The notes: generated by a model from the sequence alone, not told the origin. A stretch of DNA of 60,625 nucleotides, filler included, from Hausera hauseri (GCA_046269625.1; 12 parts of 12 records of this genome joined end to end with filler, not necessarily neighbours in it), one strand, 5' to 3'. Shown: positions 1-11,700, counted from the whole stretch's first letter. Numbers and translations are program-made.

Positions 1-1
1 T

Positions 2-364
2 GAGTCAGTTCTACTTCATTAAGGGAGGGAGCACTTTGTCGAAGAAGATTGTATCTTCCAACAAAACTCCGCTCCGGCACACAGGTCCAGAAACACCCTG
101 AAATGGATTAGGGCCAATTTCCCCAATTTTATCTTTCCTCAAGATTACCCCCCTCTGATATCAACTCAATGGACTTTTTAATCTTGAGCATTCTGTAGTC
201 GAAGGACTGCGCCGAAGCTTACAAGTCAGTTGCCTCTCTGAAGAGGTCACTGCAGCGAGAATGGGCCGCTCTTCCTTTGGTCACGATCAACAAGGCGATC
301 GACAACTTACCAAAGAGGCTGAAGCTATGAATTATGCCAGAGGCGGACATTTACAGCAAAATGA
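2..364 (+). pseudogene. Tc1/mariner-superfamily (maT/DD37D-like) transposase, C-terminal half, decayed
   Basis: Manual translation gives EHFVEEDCIFQQNSAPAHRSRNTLKWIRANFPNFI..DINSMDF..AIDNLPKRLKL..RGGH, matching the FQQDSAPAH / SPDLNPLDY / KGGHFE motifs. Contains stops and frameshifts. Confidence 0.85.
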
Positions 365-451
365 CTGTTCTGGACTTTAGTTAATTATTTATTGACATTT
401 GTTGTAATCGTTTACAAGTTATTGAATAAAAATTTTTTGTTTGAAAAAAAC

Positions 452-1235
452 GACTTCTCGATTAATTTTCACGTCTTCGGGGACGAACACTAGAGGGGTT
501 TTGGCACTGTGTACGATTCCTTCTTAGACCATGACTCCTTTTGGCTTTTGGGTCCGTTCGATGGCACTGCCTTGTAGAGGAGGTGTTGGAACCAAAATCC
601 TGTCATTTTGGTGGTTGTAGTTTTGTTCAACGGTGAAAATCTTCTCGTTTGAAAAAAGGTCCTCTGGTGGTGTCCATTTGCGAATCGGCGTTTTAGCCTT
701 TTACATCTCGCGACTCTTGTGGCCTTTGCCTGGTAATCGAGAAGCTGTGCTTCTTGTTCCTTGTACGCTTTTCGTTTAAGCTCCTTCTTGAGAATTTTTT
801 GAACCGATGATCGAGCGATTCTGAGCCTCAGAATAAGCTTTTTTTCGACGTGCTTGTTCTGGTGTATGGGTTCCGGTCGACGATTTTTTTAATCTTTCTG
901 CGGTTGGCTGGAGTGCTCGCAGTCTTCGAGCGACCACGTCGAGAACGTTCCTCATTACTGCCAGTCTATTAAAATCATTTGATGACATGGCGAACTGTCG
1001 ATTCGGGTACATTGAGTATTCGCGAAATATCTGACTTCCTCCTGCCAGATTTAAAAAGCGCTACTATTGTTTTTTGCTTGCCGGACACTTGAAAAACTAA
1101 AAATCGAGATGAGACGTAAACAGTATAATGAAACTGAAGATAAGAGGAACAAAATAAACAAAAAAATTAAATTTAACATAATTTAAAGAAATTCTGACTC
1201 TTAACAAAAATCACAAGAATTTTTCGGCCACCCTG
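452..1235 (-). mobile_element. maT/DD37D-like transposon 5' half: TIR plus N-terminal transposase
   Basis: Minus strand reads TA|CAGGGTGGCCGAAAAATTC (TIR ends at 1235, TA at 1236-1237), then IFRILNVPESTVRHVIK..FSNEKIFTVEQNYNHQNDRI..KGVMV..KTPLVFVPEDVKINREV. Confidence 0.85.
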
Positions 1236-2023
1236 TATTTCGATGAATTATAAGCGCAATTGTAAAATCGTTACGTAATGTTATTTATGCAGAGTGGAAC
1301 AGAAGTATCGATTTTACAAATTTTGGTTATTACAAACAAAATTATAATTTAATAAACTGGTGATGAACTTAGAACAATTTTACAAAGCAAAAGAGCGCCC
1401 CATGTTAATCAATAATTGCCAATTTCTGATCTGCGTGTCACGGGTGTTTCTTGGCTAATATACAGGATATGACTTTTAAATTACATTCTGTCATTTATAG
1501 TGTTAGATGTGAAAAGGAACACTCCTAAACTGCGCTAAATCAAATTGACTTAAAGTTTTCCACAGCGTTCATAGGGATTTATTAAAAATATGGCAAAAAA
1601 TTGTATGTTGTAATTCACTTAATCAACAGAAAATTTAAATTTAGAAACTTCAATATTTTTAATATTTACTATAGTATCGGCCAAATCATTTACGGCACCA
1701 CGTTACGAAAAGCCCATTAGCTTTTAAGATGATTCTGTAGCCTCAGGACTAATTTTACACGAGATACTAGCTTACTTCTAACAAACGAACAGTTCTAACT
1801 GTAACAAGGTTTTTATAACAAATAGTCAGGAAGACGTCAAAAATATTAGATGATTGCAAAATTTCATGCCGGATTTTCATAGTTGGCGAAAACAGTGACA
1901 CATCGCGGTGCTGTTTTGTTTATTGCTATATTATATATATCGATAGATAGGTTATAACATCGTCAGACATTTTAATGTCAGAAGCTGTTAATTGAAGTCG
2001 ATTAGTGAGTGAAAATTTTCAAA

Positions 2024-2272
2024 ATGGAGAACACAAAATTACATTTTCGCTATATTATGCTATACGAGTATCGGAAAGTGTTGGAACAGCAACAAAAACA
2101 TTCGGGACGTTTATTTGGACCGTGCTTCTCCTCTCAGAACAGTTAAAAAGTGGTTTGGCAGATTTTGCAATGGTGATTTTAACCTGGATGATCAACCCCA
2201 TTCTGGGCGGCCTTCTGACATTGATGATGATGTTGTGCTAGCCGTTATGAAAAATAACCGAAGAATTATAAC
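2024..2272 (+). pseudogene. mariner transposase N-terminal HTH fragment
   Basis: MENTKLHFRYIMLYEYRK..RTVKKWFGRFCNGDFNLDDQPHSGRPSDIDDD, the mariner WFxRF-GDFxLxD-SGRP motif. Frameshifted and truncated. Confidence 0.85.
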
Positions 2273-2355
2273 AATATAATGCTGGTTAATGATATGAATA
2301 GTCATTTCGCGAACGACGTCAAAATAACGCTGCTCCAACCGAGGTAGGCCAGCCA

Positions 2356-2705
2356 TGTTAGAGTTGAGATATGGAACAAAACTCGGAGTCTAGGAAACAT
2401 CATTTATTTCAACATCACGCTGTACCTCAAAACGTAGTTCTGCTTCATCGAGTTGGTGATTTGACATTCTGAGGATTTCGTCGGATTGCTTTGTTGCCAT
2501 CTAGTCTAAAGAAAAAGTTTACAACGTTTATTTGATATTTAGAAACAAATTTTTAGTTCATATAATTTTATTTTGATTTTTTTCTTGGCGTTAATTTAAC
2601 GGAAACGCCCTTTTTATAAAATTTAAAAATGTGCTTTACGAAAGTTAATAATTAATATACAATTTAAATTTTATCAATCAAGATTCCTCTTAACATCCTC
2701 CCTCC
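2356..2705 (-). repeat. Probable 3' LTR (~2356-2695) and polypurine tract (2696-2705) of the adjacent Gypsy element
   Basis: Minus strand reads GGAGGGAGGA followed by TGTTAAGAG directly after the integrase. Candidate other end TGTTAGAG at 2356 (plus strand), an imperfect inverted repeat. Left boundary uncertain. Confidence 0.55.
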
Positions 2706-4028
2706 AAGGCGAATGCCTGAACCTAATATTTCTAGCGTATCATTTATAGTTTTCGGAACTTTTGTGAATTGCTTTGAATTTATGTCCGTCTGCTGGTTAC
2801 ATTTCCGCAGCCATTCTATATTTCTGATTAACGTCGTACCATTATCCCTTTCTAACGTATAAGTTCTGTCGTGGCGTTTCTCTATTCAGTGAATTTTCCC
2901 AACAGTCTCGACGTGAAGTTGGTGGGGCGTGTACCATTCTTTACTTACCTTCCTGCCAAAGACAACTTCTTTTGGGCTTACCCCAATTGCACTTTCACGG
3001 ACTAGAAGAACCCAGTTGCTTTTCCGGCCATCTGACAGCGTAGCGCCTATGCATTCCCTTATTGTTCTGAACTGCCTCTCGACCATTACATTTGCTGAGT
3101 AATGGTAAGGACTTGAAAACCGGAGCGTCATGTTGTGTGTCTTGGCAAACGTTTTCATGCTTTTTGAAGTAAATGTCTTCCCGCAGTCAAGGTATACTAT
3201 TCGGGGAGCACCAAATTTCAGGATCCATTTCTTTTCTAGTACTTCTAACGTTGTGGCCTCATCCTGCTTAGCGACGGCTGTTAGTGATACGTATTTCCTG
3301 AAATGATCCACGATCGCTAGTATATGTCTGATTTCTAAATGGTGGGTCGAAAGGCTCACAGAAGTCCAAATATGCCTTCCGTCTTTTGTGCAATAATAGG
3401 TGCCTTCGTCTTTGAGGTTAACGTTTTCATTATCTGGCAGCTCTTGCATCTTTGTATCACTGCTTCGAACGCTGTGGTGAAACTACCCATATCAAAAGTG
3501 TCTTTCAGTTATCTGTACGTCTTCTTGCCCCCCGAGTGACACAAAGACTTGTGCATCTCTTAGATAAACTTTTCTCTTCGCTTGTTGGGTATCCATATTT
3601 TACCTTCGAGTGTGACAAACCGGTTGTCCTTTATTTTGTAGTTGGTATCCCTGCCATCGGCAATGTCTTCTTTGATACGGTGTATTTCGTCATAGTTCGT
3701 TCGCCAGATGAAGTCGCCTAGATTTGAGAGTACATACGAGACTTGCTTTTATTTTCCCTTTCTTCTCATCCTCGTGAGTCAACTTGCATTGGACGCATTC
3801 GCTACATTCGTTCCTTGACATTGTATCCGCATTTCCGTGGAGTATGCCTTTCCTATACTCCATCTTGATATCCAGATTGCTCAGGAAGTTAATCCACATC
3901 TGAAATTGTGGGGTGATTGCCTTCTTCGTTCTCAGCTTAAAGGTAATGGCTTTGTGGTCGGTTCGGAGTGTAAATCGTCTGCCGTACAGGTAGTGTTTGA
4001 AATGTTGGCAAAAGTAATATATTGCCAG
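2706..4028 (-). pseudogene. Ty3/Gypsy pol remnant (RNase H end, integrase zinc-binding region and core)
   Basis: WINFLSNLDIKMEYRKGILHGNADTMSR; ILAIVDHFRKYV; WILKFGAPRIVYLDCGKTF; SPYHYSANVMVERQFRTI. Confidence 0.9.
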
Positions 4029-4128
4029 NNNNNNNNNNNNNNNNNNNNNNNNNNNNNNNNNNNNNNNNNNNNTTAATTAATTAANNNNNNNNNNNNNNNN
4101 NNNNNNNNNNNNNNNNNNNNNNNNNNNN
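4029..4128. other. Artificial contig-joining linker (first of 11)
   Basis: N-run with central TTAATTAATTAA (stops in all six frames). Identical linkers at 11701-11800, 16194-16293, 20315-20414, 24871-24970, 29070-29169, 33209-33308, 39368-39467, 44094-44193, 48208-48307, 52439-52538. Separate 10-N gap at 18498-18507. Confidence 0.99.
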
Positions 4129-4226
4129 TGTTATATCAAATTTTGCTTCCTTAGGGCTTAAAAATCCATGGAAAAAATGACCAATTTGAACTTTGGATCG
4201 ATATTAATCGATTACTAATCGACAAA

Positions 4227-4990
4227 TTTAAATTCTAACTATACATTCATATCCTACATCATGTTTGTGTTCGAATGCACCCGGACACATGTACCAATCA
4301 TCCATATTGGATTTATCGGAAATTCGATATTATTGATTTTTGCACACATGCACACGTTTTTGCACTGCACACCATATATCTATGTGCATCTCGATGTGCT
4401 CTATCCACCGGCACTTGACTCCGATCAATTCCATCACTCCTATTCTGCACAATAACCAAAATGTGAAAAGTGAAAAAGTGCCCTGGCAACCGTATCGAAG
4501 TGCACATCGCACTCGAATAGTGCACTGATCCAAAGTGCATCATGTACTGCACCCGCCAGTATATGTGCCATATTGATATTATTGATTTAAAATTTATAGC
4601 GGAAATGCCTGTGGTGGTTCTGCCCCACTTGCGAATTATTCGAAAACCAATAAACCGATTTAAATTCTAACTGCTCATTTACATAGCCAGTCATGTGTGC
4701 TACCGATTGCACTCGGTGCCGAGTGCTAATCATCGATTTTAGATTTATCGGAAATCCGATATTATTGATTTTTGCACACTTGCACATGTGCTGCACACTT
4801 ACCCAGTGCACCAATCGATGCATCTCTATGTGCTCTATCGATTAGCACAAAGTGTAGATCGATTTGATCAATAGTACAATGTGCAGCTATCGATTTGTGA
4901 AAAGTGCAAAAATGTGCATATCAACGGTGTCGCTAGGCACTTTTTGGATCGATAGTATACCGGGTGCACTATCGATTGGCACATGTGCAA
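4227..4990 (+). repeat. Diverged direct repeat, ~430-bp period, rich in TGCAC/GTGCA
   Basis: TTTAAATTCTAACT..GATTTATCGGAAAT(T/C)CGATATTATTGATTTTTGCACAC occurs from ~4227 and again from ~4659. Confidence 0.75.
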
Positions 4991-6404
4991 CATCGATTCG
5001 CACCCTCCCCCGAGGGTGGAGCAGAACCGCCATATTCACACTGCTCATTTGATGTCGCAATTCCATTTTTGAGTCGTCTCTTTCAACGAAACAATTTTAA
5101 TTTTACCTTCGTCATTGAAAGACCGAGTGTCACTGGACCATTTTCCTTCTCGATCTAACGTTTTTTGTAATTTGAGGCTTTTCTTATAAAGTGTATGTAG
5201 TTGCAAATTTCGATTTTCTGGAAAATTGTTCGATTTCGAATTATTCGATTCTAAAACACTCGGTTTTGGTTCATTAATTCGTTGACAACAAATTGCACAT
5301 AATTATCAAAATTGGCTTGCTTTTGATTTTATTTCCGTCAGCTCTCTGGCGCAGTTGTCGTTTGCTAATCGAATGTGCTACTCTAAATTGAAGCGGGTGT
5401 TTTTATTTTTGATTACATTTGTATCACCAGAAACGTTTTCCAATTGCAGTTTCAGGTGTTGTTATCATGGAAAGCAGACGTAATTTTGATAGCATATGAA
5501 AATGAAATGAAGAATAAAAAACAAACGAATTAATAATTTTATTCAAATAAAACATTTGTATCTATTCATAACCATCAAACTATTTATTCACTTCTTATTG
5601 ACCTTCATTTGTTTTGGTTTCTTCAATTTATATATTACAAAAGCAGCAATACACACTGAATATGTAGTAACAGCGCACGAAATTTATTTTAAATTATATT
5701 CGTGTTATCAAAATAACTACAATTACCATGAAACGTCCTCTTTTTGTGTATGTATTATAATATTTCCTCCACCCTGTAAACATATCATCTGGATAATGAT
5801 CGCATGACATTATGACAATAAATGAATAACATAAATTACGTTATGATACAACAAATGTATGTCAATGATTATATTTGATTACTAGTGTATTATATAGTCA
5901 TTATAGCTTCAACTTTGCTTTTGTTGCCATGATATCTTACACTGCTTTAATTTTCCCATATAGTTTATTTCATGAATACACACAAACAACCATAAATAAT
6001 AATGATTTTTAAACTACCTCCGAGCCGTACTGTGGTGATTTACGCTTTGACGGGCCTCCTAAATGTCTAGGGCTAACATGTGAATGCTTCTCAGGGGAAG
6101 CTTACATTTTAAAGTCGTGGGATGGTTGAGTAAACACGGCTTGGGGTTATATGGAGGTTGACAAATGACAAGTGGAGTGAGGGGAGTCGTCGAGCACGTC
6201 TGTGGGAGGTAGAGAAATTTACCATGGAGGCACATTGAGCGGTAATCATGTGTTGATAACACTGATAGCTCTGTCAAGTTAAGTTTCCTGGAAGCAGGGG
6301 CTGTTAAATATCCCTGCTTAAGTTGTAAACGCTGACAAACAAGAAGTGGTGTGGAACAATTTGTATTCATTGATTGATGCGGTTGGCTGAAAAGCATTTA
6401 TGGA

Positions 6405-6739
6405 AGGACACTACGTCAGAGTCAGACAAACCAGTTTTAAGAAGTTTTAAGAAAGGCTACACTCTGGCATAAACGGAAGAATTGTTTACTGTGTCTCATA
6501 TAAATGTGACGAATCCGATAATTTGTGTGCTCAAATATTACAGTGGTGAAGAACTTTTAGGTTCGTTTTACAAAGAAGAGCTCCAAAAAGTGGGAGACAA
6601 ACAAGTTTACAGAATAGAAAGCATCGTACGAGAAAGGCAAACGACAGGCGGTAAAGAATATTTAGTGAAATGTTTAAGTTATAATTCTTCATTCAACAGT
6701 TGGATTTCAGGGAAACACAAATTGAGATATAAAGACTAG
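6405..6739 (+). pseudogene. Maverick integrase C-terminus with chromodomain
   Basis: FKKGY..TEELFTV..GEELLGSFYKEELQKV..YRIESIVRER..KEYLVKCLSYNSSFNSWI. Confidence 0.88.
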
Positions 6740-6799
6740 CCATGGCCGAAGAAGCCGCTCCCATCAATGAAAAAATATAAAGAAGACCCGTAACATATT

Positions 6800-6985
6800 G
6801 GTTTGGTTACCTTGTTCCTCATGTAGAAGTTTTGTTTATTTTGCAACTTTTGGCGATATATACCGTCATCGGTGTGTCTCTTTTCAATCTGACTACATGC
6901 AACGACCAGGAAAACAAGTTGTGGATAGTTTTACTGTGTAGTTCTCTCGGTTATCTCTTGACTAACCCAAAAACAAGCTCATGAC
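6800..6985 (+). pseudogene. Small two-helix membrane protein typical of Mavericks
   Basis: EVLFILQLLAIYTVIGVSLFNLTTCNDQENKLWIVLLCSSLGYLLTNPK, lying between the integrase and the minor capsid gene. Confidence 0.6.
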
Positions 6986-6989
6986 AATA

Positions 6990-7480
6990 ATGAGTTTATT
7001 ACGTGACACCTTTATGAAAATGTTTACCGATAATAGACCCGAGCACTTTTACGCGAAAGTACCACAGACCACAGACTTGAATTCAATACAAAGTGGGTTT
7101 GGCAGAGAATCCATTCCCAAACAGTTACTTTAACGTCTTAGAGAACAAAGTGTGGTTACGTTACCTTCCGCACAACACCAAGACATCGTTTGAAATTACA
7201 CTAAGGCACAGACTCTACAAGTCGCCCTCCAATCATTTTGACGAATTGAACAGAAGTTTAGCTCATGAGCAAAAGGAGGTGAATCGGTCCCTTTGAAAAT
7301 TCATTACCGCAAATCGCAGAAAACTACCTTACTGGAAAGATTCGAGTTGGGGGCGGATGTTATCATCAGCGCCAAGCTGAAAAATATATTGGGACTGTCA
7401 AAAACACACATAACAGACAAGGACCCTTTTCAACTGGGTAAGGCGCAAGACAATTTGGACAGCAACATTCCGATTTGCAA
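6990..7480 (+). pseudogene. Maverick minor capsid (penton-like) protein, truncated and frameshifted
   Basis: YVT..MKMFTDNRPEHFYAKVPQTTDLN..VGLAE..FPNSYFNV resembles the penton N-terminus; gene position fits. Confidence 0.65.
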
Positions 7481-7487
7481 TAAAAGA

Positions 7488-7736
7488 ATGGTTAAACACA
7501 CTCCTTTACATCGAAGCGCCAAAGTTTACGAAGACTTTTACACCAGTCAAGCAGGAGACGGAATTCCCGTTTTTGTTGGCTGCAGAAGTCAAAGCGGTAG
7601 AGGCATCGGTAGTTTCTTTAGCGAGTTGGGTCGAATGATACTGCCATGGTTAAAGACAGGCGGCAAAGCTTTAATCAGGGAAGGCATCGGGATTGGCTTG
7701 CAAGTGGCCCAGGATGTGTTAACCGGCAGAAACGTT
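7488..7736 (+). pseudogene. Maverick QxGxG amphipathic virion protein ('cupiennin-like'), N-terminal part
   Basis: YEDFYTSQAGDGIPVFVGCRSQSGRGIGSFFSELGRMILPWLKTGGKALIREG..QDVLTGRNV. Confidence 0.7.
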
Positions 7737-7739
7737 GGG

Positions 7740-8885
7740 GAATACTTTGTAATATCAGGAAGCGGTGAAGAGTATCTAGATTTGTTTAATACTTTTGTAC
7801 ACGTGAGAGCCAGAGTCGCTTTGGCCGATGGCGACAATTTACCCGATAGTGCTGAAGTGGCCCCAGTCAAGAATTATCTCCACAGTTTATTTTCGCAAGT
7901 GGATGTCGCCCTGAATGATACGTTAATCATGCCAAGCGAAAACACTTGTCCTTACAGATGTTACCTCGAGTCCGTTTTAAATTACGGGCGGGAAGCCAAA
8001 AGGGGTCACCTGATGGCAGCCCTGAACTACAACAGCGTGCCAAAATTTTTCAATGAAGCTAAAGCTGATTCTAATGCTGGCCTGAAAACGCATCATGACT
8101 AGGCCGTGGGTAGTCGAGAAGTGAATATGATGGGAAAGTTACACTGCGACATTTTCACCCAAGACCATTACATGCTGAATGGAGTGGACATACAGATCAA
8201 ACTCACCCCTTCTAAAGACTCGTTCAACCTCATAGCCGACGATCCGAATCTCGGTTATAAATCAGTTATAACGTGCGCCGTCCTGGTGGTCAGGAAAGCC
8301 AAATTAAATCCGGCCATTTCTCTGGCCCATGAAAAAGTCTTGACTTAAGTGAATGCGAAATATCCCATCAAATGAGTCGTGATAAATACATTGTCCATAC
8401 ACAGAGGAATGTTGTCGCACATTCAAAATAATCTTTTTCTCAGTCAAACGCCAACGTGCATCGTGATCCGGATAGTACATTCCTCGGCTTTTAATGGCAC
8501 CTACAGAAATAACCTGTTCAACTTTCAACATTTCAGTTTGATGTTCTTGAACGTCACCATCGATGTGAGGATGGCCATGGGAAAGCCATTAATGGTAGAT
8601 TTTGAGCCATTACGCTTGAGCCTTTTTTGGAACCAATCTAGCCATGGGTCTGATCGGTAAGGATGCCGGCTGCGATATCGACAACAACAGTTTCAAAGAC
8701 GGTTATGCTCTCTACACATTCGATCTAAGTTCCAGCCTTTTTGACGGAGACTAGTTTGAACTCGCGAAAAACGGACTTCTTTTTCGCCATGACGCCCAGC
8801 CCCTTACAAGTCATGGTGTATGCCTAACAAGACTCTATCATTGAAATTTCCAAAACCAGACAAGTGTTACTAGACTGTGGCTTAA
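7740..8885 (+). pseudogene. Maverick major capsid protein (double jelly-roll), decayed
   Basis: FVISGSGEEYLDLFNT..APVKNYLHSLFSQVDVALND..PYRCYLESVLNYG..GKLHCDIFTQDHYMLNGVDIQIKL..AFNGTYRNNLFNFQHF..GYALYTFDL..IIEISKTRQVLLD. Confidence 0.9.
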
Positions 8886-8894
8886 CAAAAAAAG

Positions 8895-9304
8895 ATGGAC
8901 ACTCGACAGATACAAACAATTTTAAAATCTTACATTTTCGTCAGCCGACATCCCGTCATAGTTGTGCCCAGAGACATGTTACCCAAACGCATCGACCCAA
9001 CAGAACCGTGGCCTTTGTCATAAATATGGATCCCAGCGACCTACCCGGTACGCATTGGGTAGCCGTGTACTATGATGGCATCGGCACATTTCACTATTTT
9101 GATTCCTTTGGACTTCCACCGCTGCATGTCGACATTGACGATTTCATTAAACGTAACTTTAAAAGAGAATTCATCTACAATGAGCGAGTCTTACAATATG
9201 TGTTTAGTAAAGCTTGTGGACTCTACGTCATTTATTTCATCCTCATCAAAGCCAGAGTGGGTTCCATGCGATGCATCATCATGTGTTTTTCCTCAATGAG
9301 ATAA
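8895..9304 (+). pseudogene. Adenain-type cysteine protease of Maverick
   Basis: INMDPSDLPGTHWVAVY..YFDSFGLPP..LQYVFSKACGLYVIYF (catalytic H, D, Q, C present). Frameshift near the start. Confidence 0.9.
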
Positions 9305-9467
9305 CACATCCAACCTTGGTTGCAGAGAAACCACACAAGTATAAATATCTATAACGTCACACATTGGGCATAAACCAGGTATAACGGTATATAAATGAGT
9401 TGCACACACCCAGAGGGTCTGTTCTATTTTCAAAAAATGTTTATGCCGAATTGATCATGACGTCTAC

Positions 9468-9710
9468 ATGACCGGCGATGCCGCGTTGGCGAAACCAATA
9501 GGTCCAGCCCAGCTAATTACAGTTTCTTCATATCGAAACAGAGTGTTGGTTCATATTAGAAGATACTTTGGCGAAAGCGACAAAAAATTCCCGACGAAAA
9601 CTGGAATCTTGCTCTCATACGAAGAATTTGAACAGCTTGTCGCCTCACAAAGTCATGTTTTATCCACCATCAAATACCTAACGGTGGTTCCTAAAGACGT
9701 GCCGGAATGA
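9468..9710 (+). CDS. PC4/Sub1-like ssDNA-binding protein
   Basis: ITVSSYRNRVLVHIRRYF..FPTKTGILLSYEEFEQL matches the PC4 pattern VTVxxFxGxxxxxIRxY..PxKKGIxL..W. Confidence 0.8.
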   Translation: MTGDAALAKPIGPAQLITVSSYRNRVLVHIRRYFGESDKKFPTKTGILLSYEEFEQLVASQSHVLSTIKYLTVVPKDVPE

Positions 9711-9734
9711 TACCCATTAAAAGACACAACCACC

Positions 9735-10046
9735 ATGCAATCCGACCCTCTGCTGAACCTTGTGACGTTTATTGACACTGAACCATTACAGAACTTTTTA
9801 TCATTTTATGACAAATCCATGCAAAGTGCTCCTATACAGACATTTTCACCCGTATACGACGAGTCGGCGCAAAACTCACCACCAAACGGTTGTTTCCAGA
9901 ACTGTGTATTTGATCAGCCAGCGCACACACTTGAACAGTTACCAAGGCCCCACGACGATGCCGCGATGGGAGTCGAACCTTTGCAGAAGCCGATAAAGAA
10001 AGTATGCAGAAAACTGAAATACGAAAAACTTTGTAAACATTTGTAA
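9735..10046 (+). CDS. Hypothetical Maverick accessory protein (103 aa)
   Basis: Intact ATG-TAA ORF, co-oriented directly after PC4. No recognised motif. Confidence 0.4.
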   Translation: MQSDPLLNLVTFIDTEPLQNFLSFYDKSMQSAPIQTFSPVYDESAQNSPPNGCFQNCVFDQPAHTLEQLPRPHDDAAMGVEPLQKPIKKVCRKLKYEKLCKHL

Positions 10047-10765
10047 CGAAAATGAACATTGTATATTAAATCGGCATTTTGTCGTATTTAAAGTGTGTGT
10101 GTGCGTGTGCGCGTGCGCCTGGTAAACATTACAAGCAATAATCAGTCCAACTACACTTTACATACGAACTCTAGTAGAACCAACTTCCTGTATGTTTGTT
10201 CATTCGGATCCGTTTCCACCCCCCCCCCCCAGAGGATGATGACTGGGAAAGTGACCCAGAGACCGGGAGGACGACCGGGCAGAATGTGATGGAGACCACA
10301 TGTCGGCCGGGAGCTGCCAGACCGAGGAGCAGTTGGACCAAGGCCACCTTCCTCTGATCACTCATCTTGTTGACAACAACGACCAGGTACTCCACCATCA
10401 CACCTTACCCTAATTACGTCATCAAAAGAATGCTAATGATGAAAAAATAATAAACTCGCATACGAATGAATAAGAAGAATCCCGCCACCCTTCCATCAAT
10501 CTTATGAAGACTATCCTTAACAGAAAATACACTAGTCACATGACGATGACCCGCAGACGGCCTACAGACGGCCCCACATCAAACACATAATTAAAAAACA
10601 AAAATAATAAAGAGTTGTCTGCCCCTTAAAAAATTTCTAAAACAGTTATCTCCCCCTTACCCCGATGTCCTCCCCCACATGGGGGAGGGGATATTTCCAT
10701 CTTTACGGTATATCGCCCCCAATTATCCTCCCCCAGAAATGATAATCGTTTCCCCCTCATATACT

Positions 10766-10996
10766 GCTCTGGTCGCTATTGAAAAGAGCCTGAAAAAAGT
10801 CTGGAATGATCTGGAATGTGGCATGACAGAACCACAGGATATATACGTATTCTCTGATTCTCAGTCAGCCCTAACAGCTATTGAAAGCTGGAACACTAAC
10901 TCTAAGGATGATGCTGAACAAGTTATAATTATAGCCAATAAGATCCAGCAAGAATATGGTATCGCAGTGACCATGCAGTGGATACCTGGACACTGA
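10766..10996 (+). pseudogene. Non-LTR retrotransposon RNase H fragment
   Basis: IYVFSDSQSALTAIES..VTMQWIPGH. Confidence 0.8.
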
Positions 10997-11254
10997 AATA
11001 ACTACCTAAATTTCCCACCATACACAACTGCCTATATACTGACACATAGCAACTCAGAAGAAGATCAAAATACTTCAGATTAACATCAACTGCCAAGAGC
11101 ACGTAGCTCGCAGCAACAGGGGATCCACCACCACCACCGATGTCTTTCTCAGTGTCCAAGATTCGCACTCATACATTAGTATGGGTTGGATATAAACACT
11201 GCTTAACTCTTTTTTTCAACCGATGACAGATCTGTTGTACATAAAAACATGTGT

Positions 11255-11560
11255 AGTAGGCTATCCTTCTTAAACAGGTGTTTATGAAGGTCTGCAGTTT
11301 CTTTGAGATCTTCGTTGTCATTTTCCACGTTTGTGCTCCATACAGCAGGACTGCTTTCGCGTTACTGTTGGTTTGGTTTTAACTTTTAATTCTTTGAATA
11401 TCCATATGTTCTTCAATAATGCAAATGCTTGTATGGCTCTTCCTATTCTTGATTTTAAGTAGTCTTCTGTGCTCCCTCACCCCCACCCCCTCCTCTATCA
11501 ATTATGCTGCCCAGATAAGTAAATGATTTTATATCTTCCAACATTCTGCCTCTCAGTGTA
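11255..11560 (-). pseudogene. RTE-like LINE reverse transcriptase C-terminal fragment
   Basis: LEDIKSFTYLGSII..KSRIGRAIQAFALLKNIW..LLYGAQTWKM..KLQTFINTCLRRI. Confidence 0.8.
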
Positions 11561-11564
11561 ATTC

Positions 11565-11700
11565 GGGTTGCTGGTGATCACGGCAAAGGCGCCACTAGCC
11601 TCTCTGACCGTTTTTCCACATGCGCGAGCTGTGAATGTCCATGCGAACCGATGATGGCGAATAACTGAGCCGTCTGTGTAAATGACAGAATTTTCTTCAG
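11565..11700 (-). pseudogene. Non-LTR retrotransposon RNase H N-terminal fragment
   Basis: SVIYTDGSVIRHHRFAWTFTARACGKTVREASGAFAVITS (YTDGS motif). Confidence 0.7.

Larger units (their letters stand above)
6405..10765 (+). mobile_element. Maverick/Polinton (adintovirus-like) remnant: integrase, virion module and probable right terminus
   Basis: Colinear integrase-chromodomain, small TM ORF, minor capsid, QxGxG protein, major capsid, adenain and PC4. Ends in a C-rich tract closing with ATATACT at 10759-10765 (AGTATAT on the minus strand). Confidence 0.88.

Noticed and set aside
4073-4084. Recurrent TTAATTAATTAA palindrome as a biological repeat or CRISPR-like element
   Set aside because: Always centred in N-runs; it is an artificial six-frame-stop linker. 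ORFs running into X residues are artefacts.
10679-10996. 105-aa ORF as a single gene
   Set aside because: Chimeric: the first ~29 codons come from the Maverick terminal tract and the rest is LINE RNase H.
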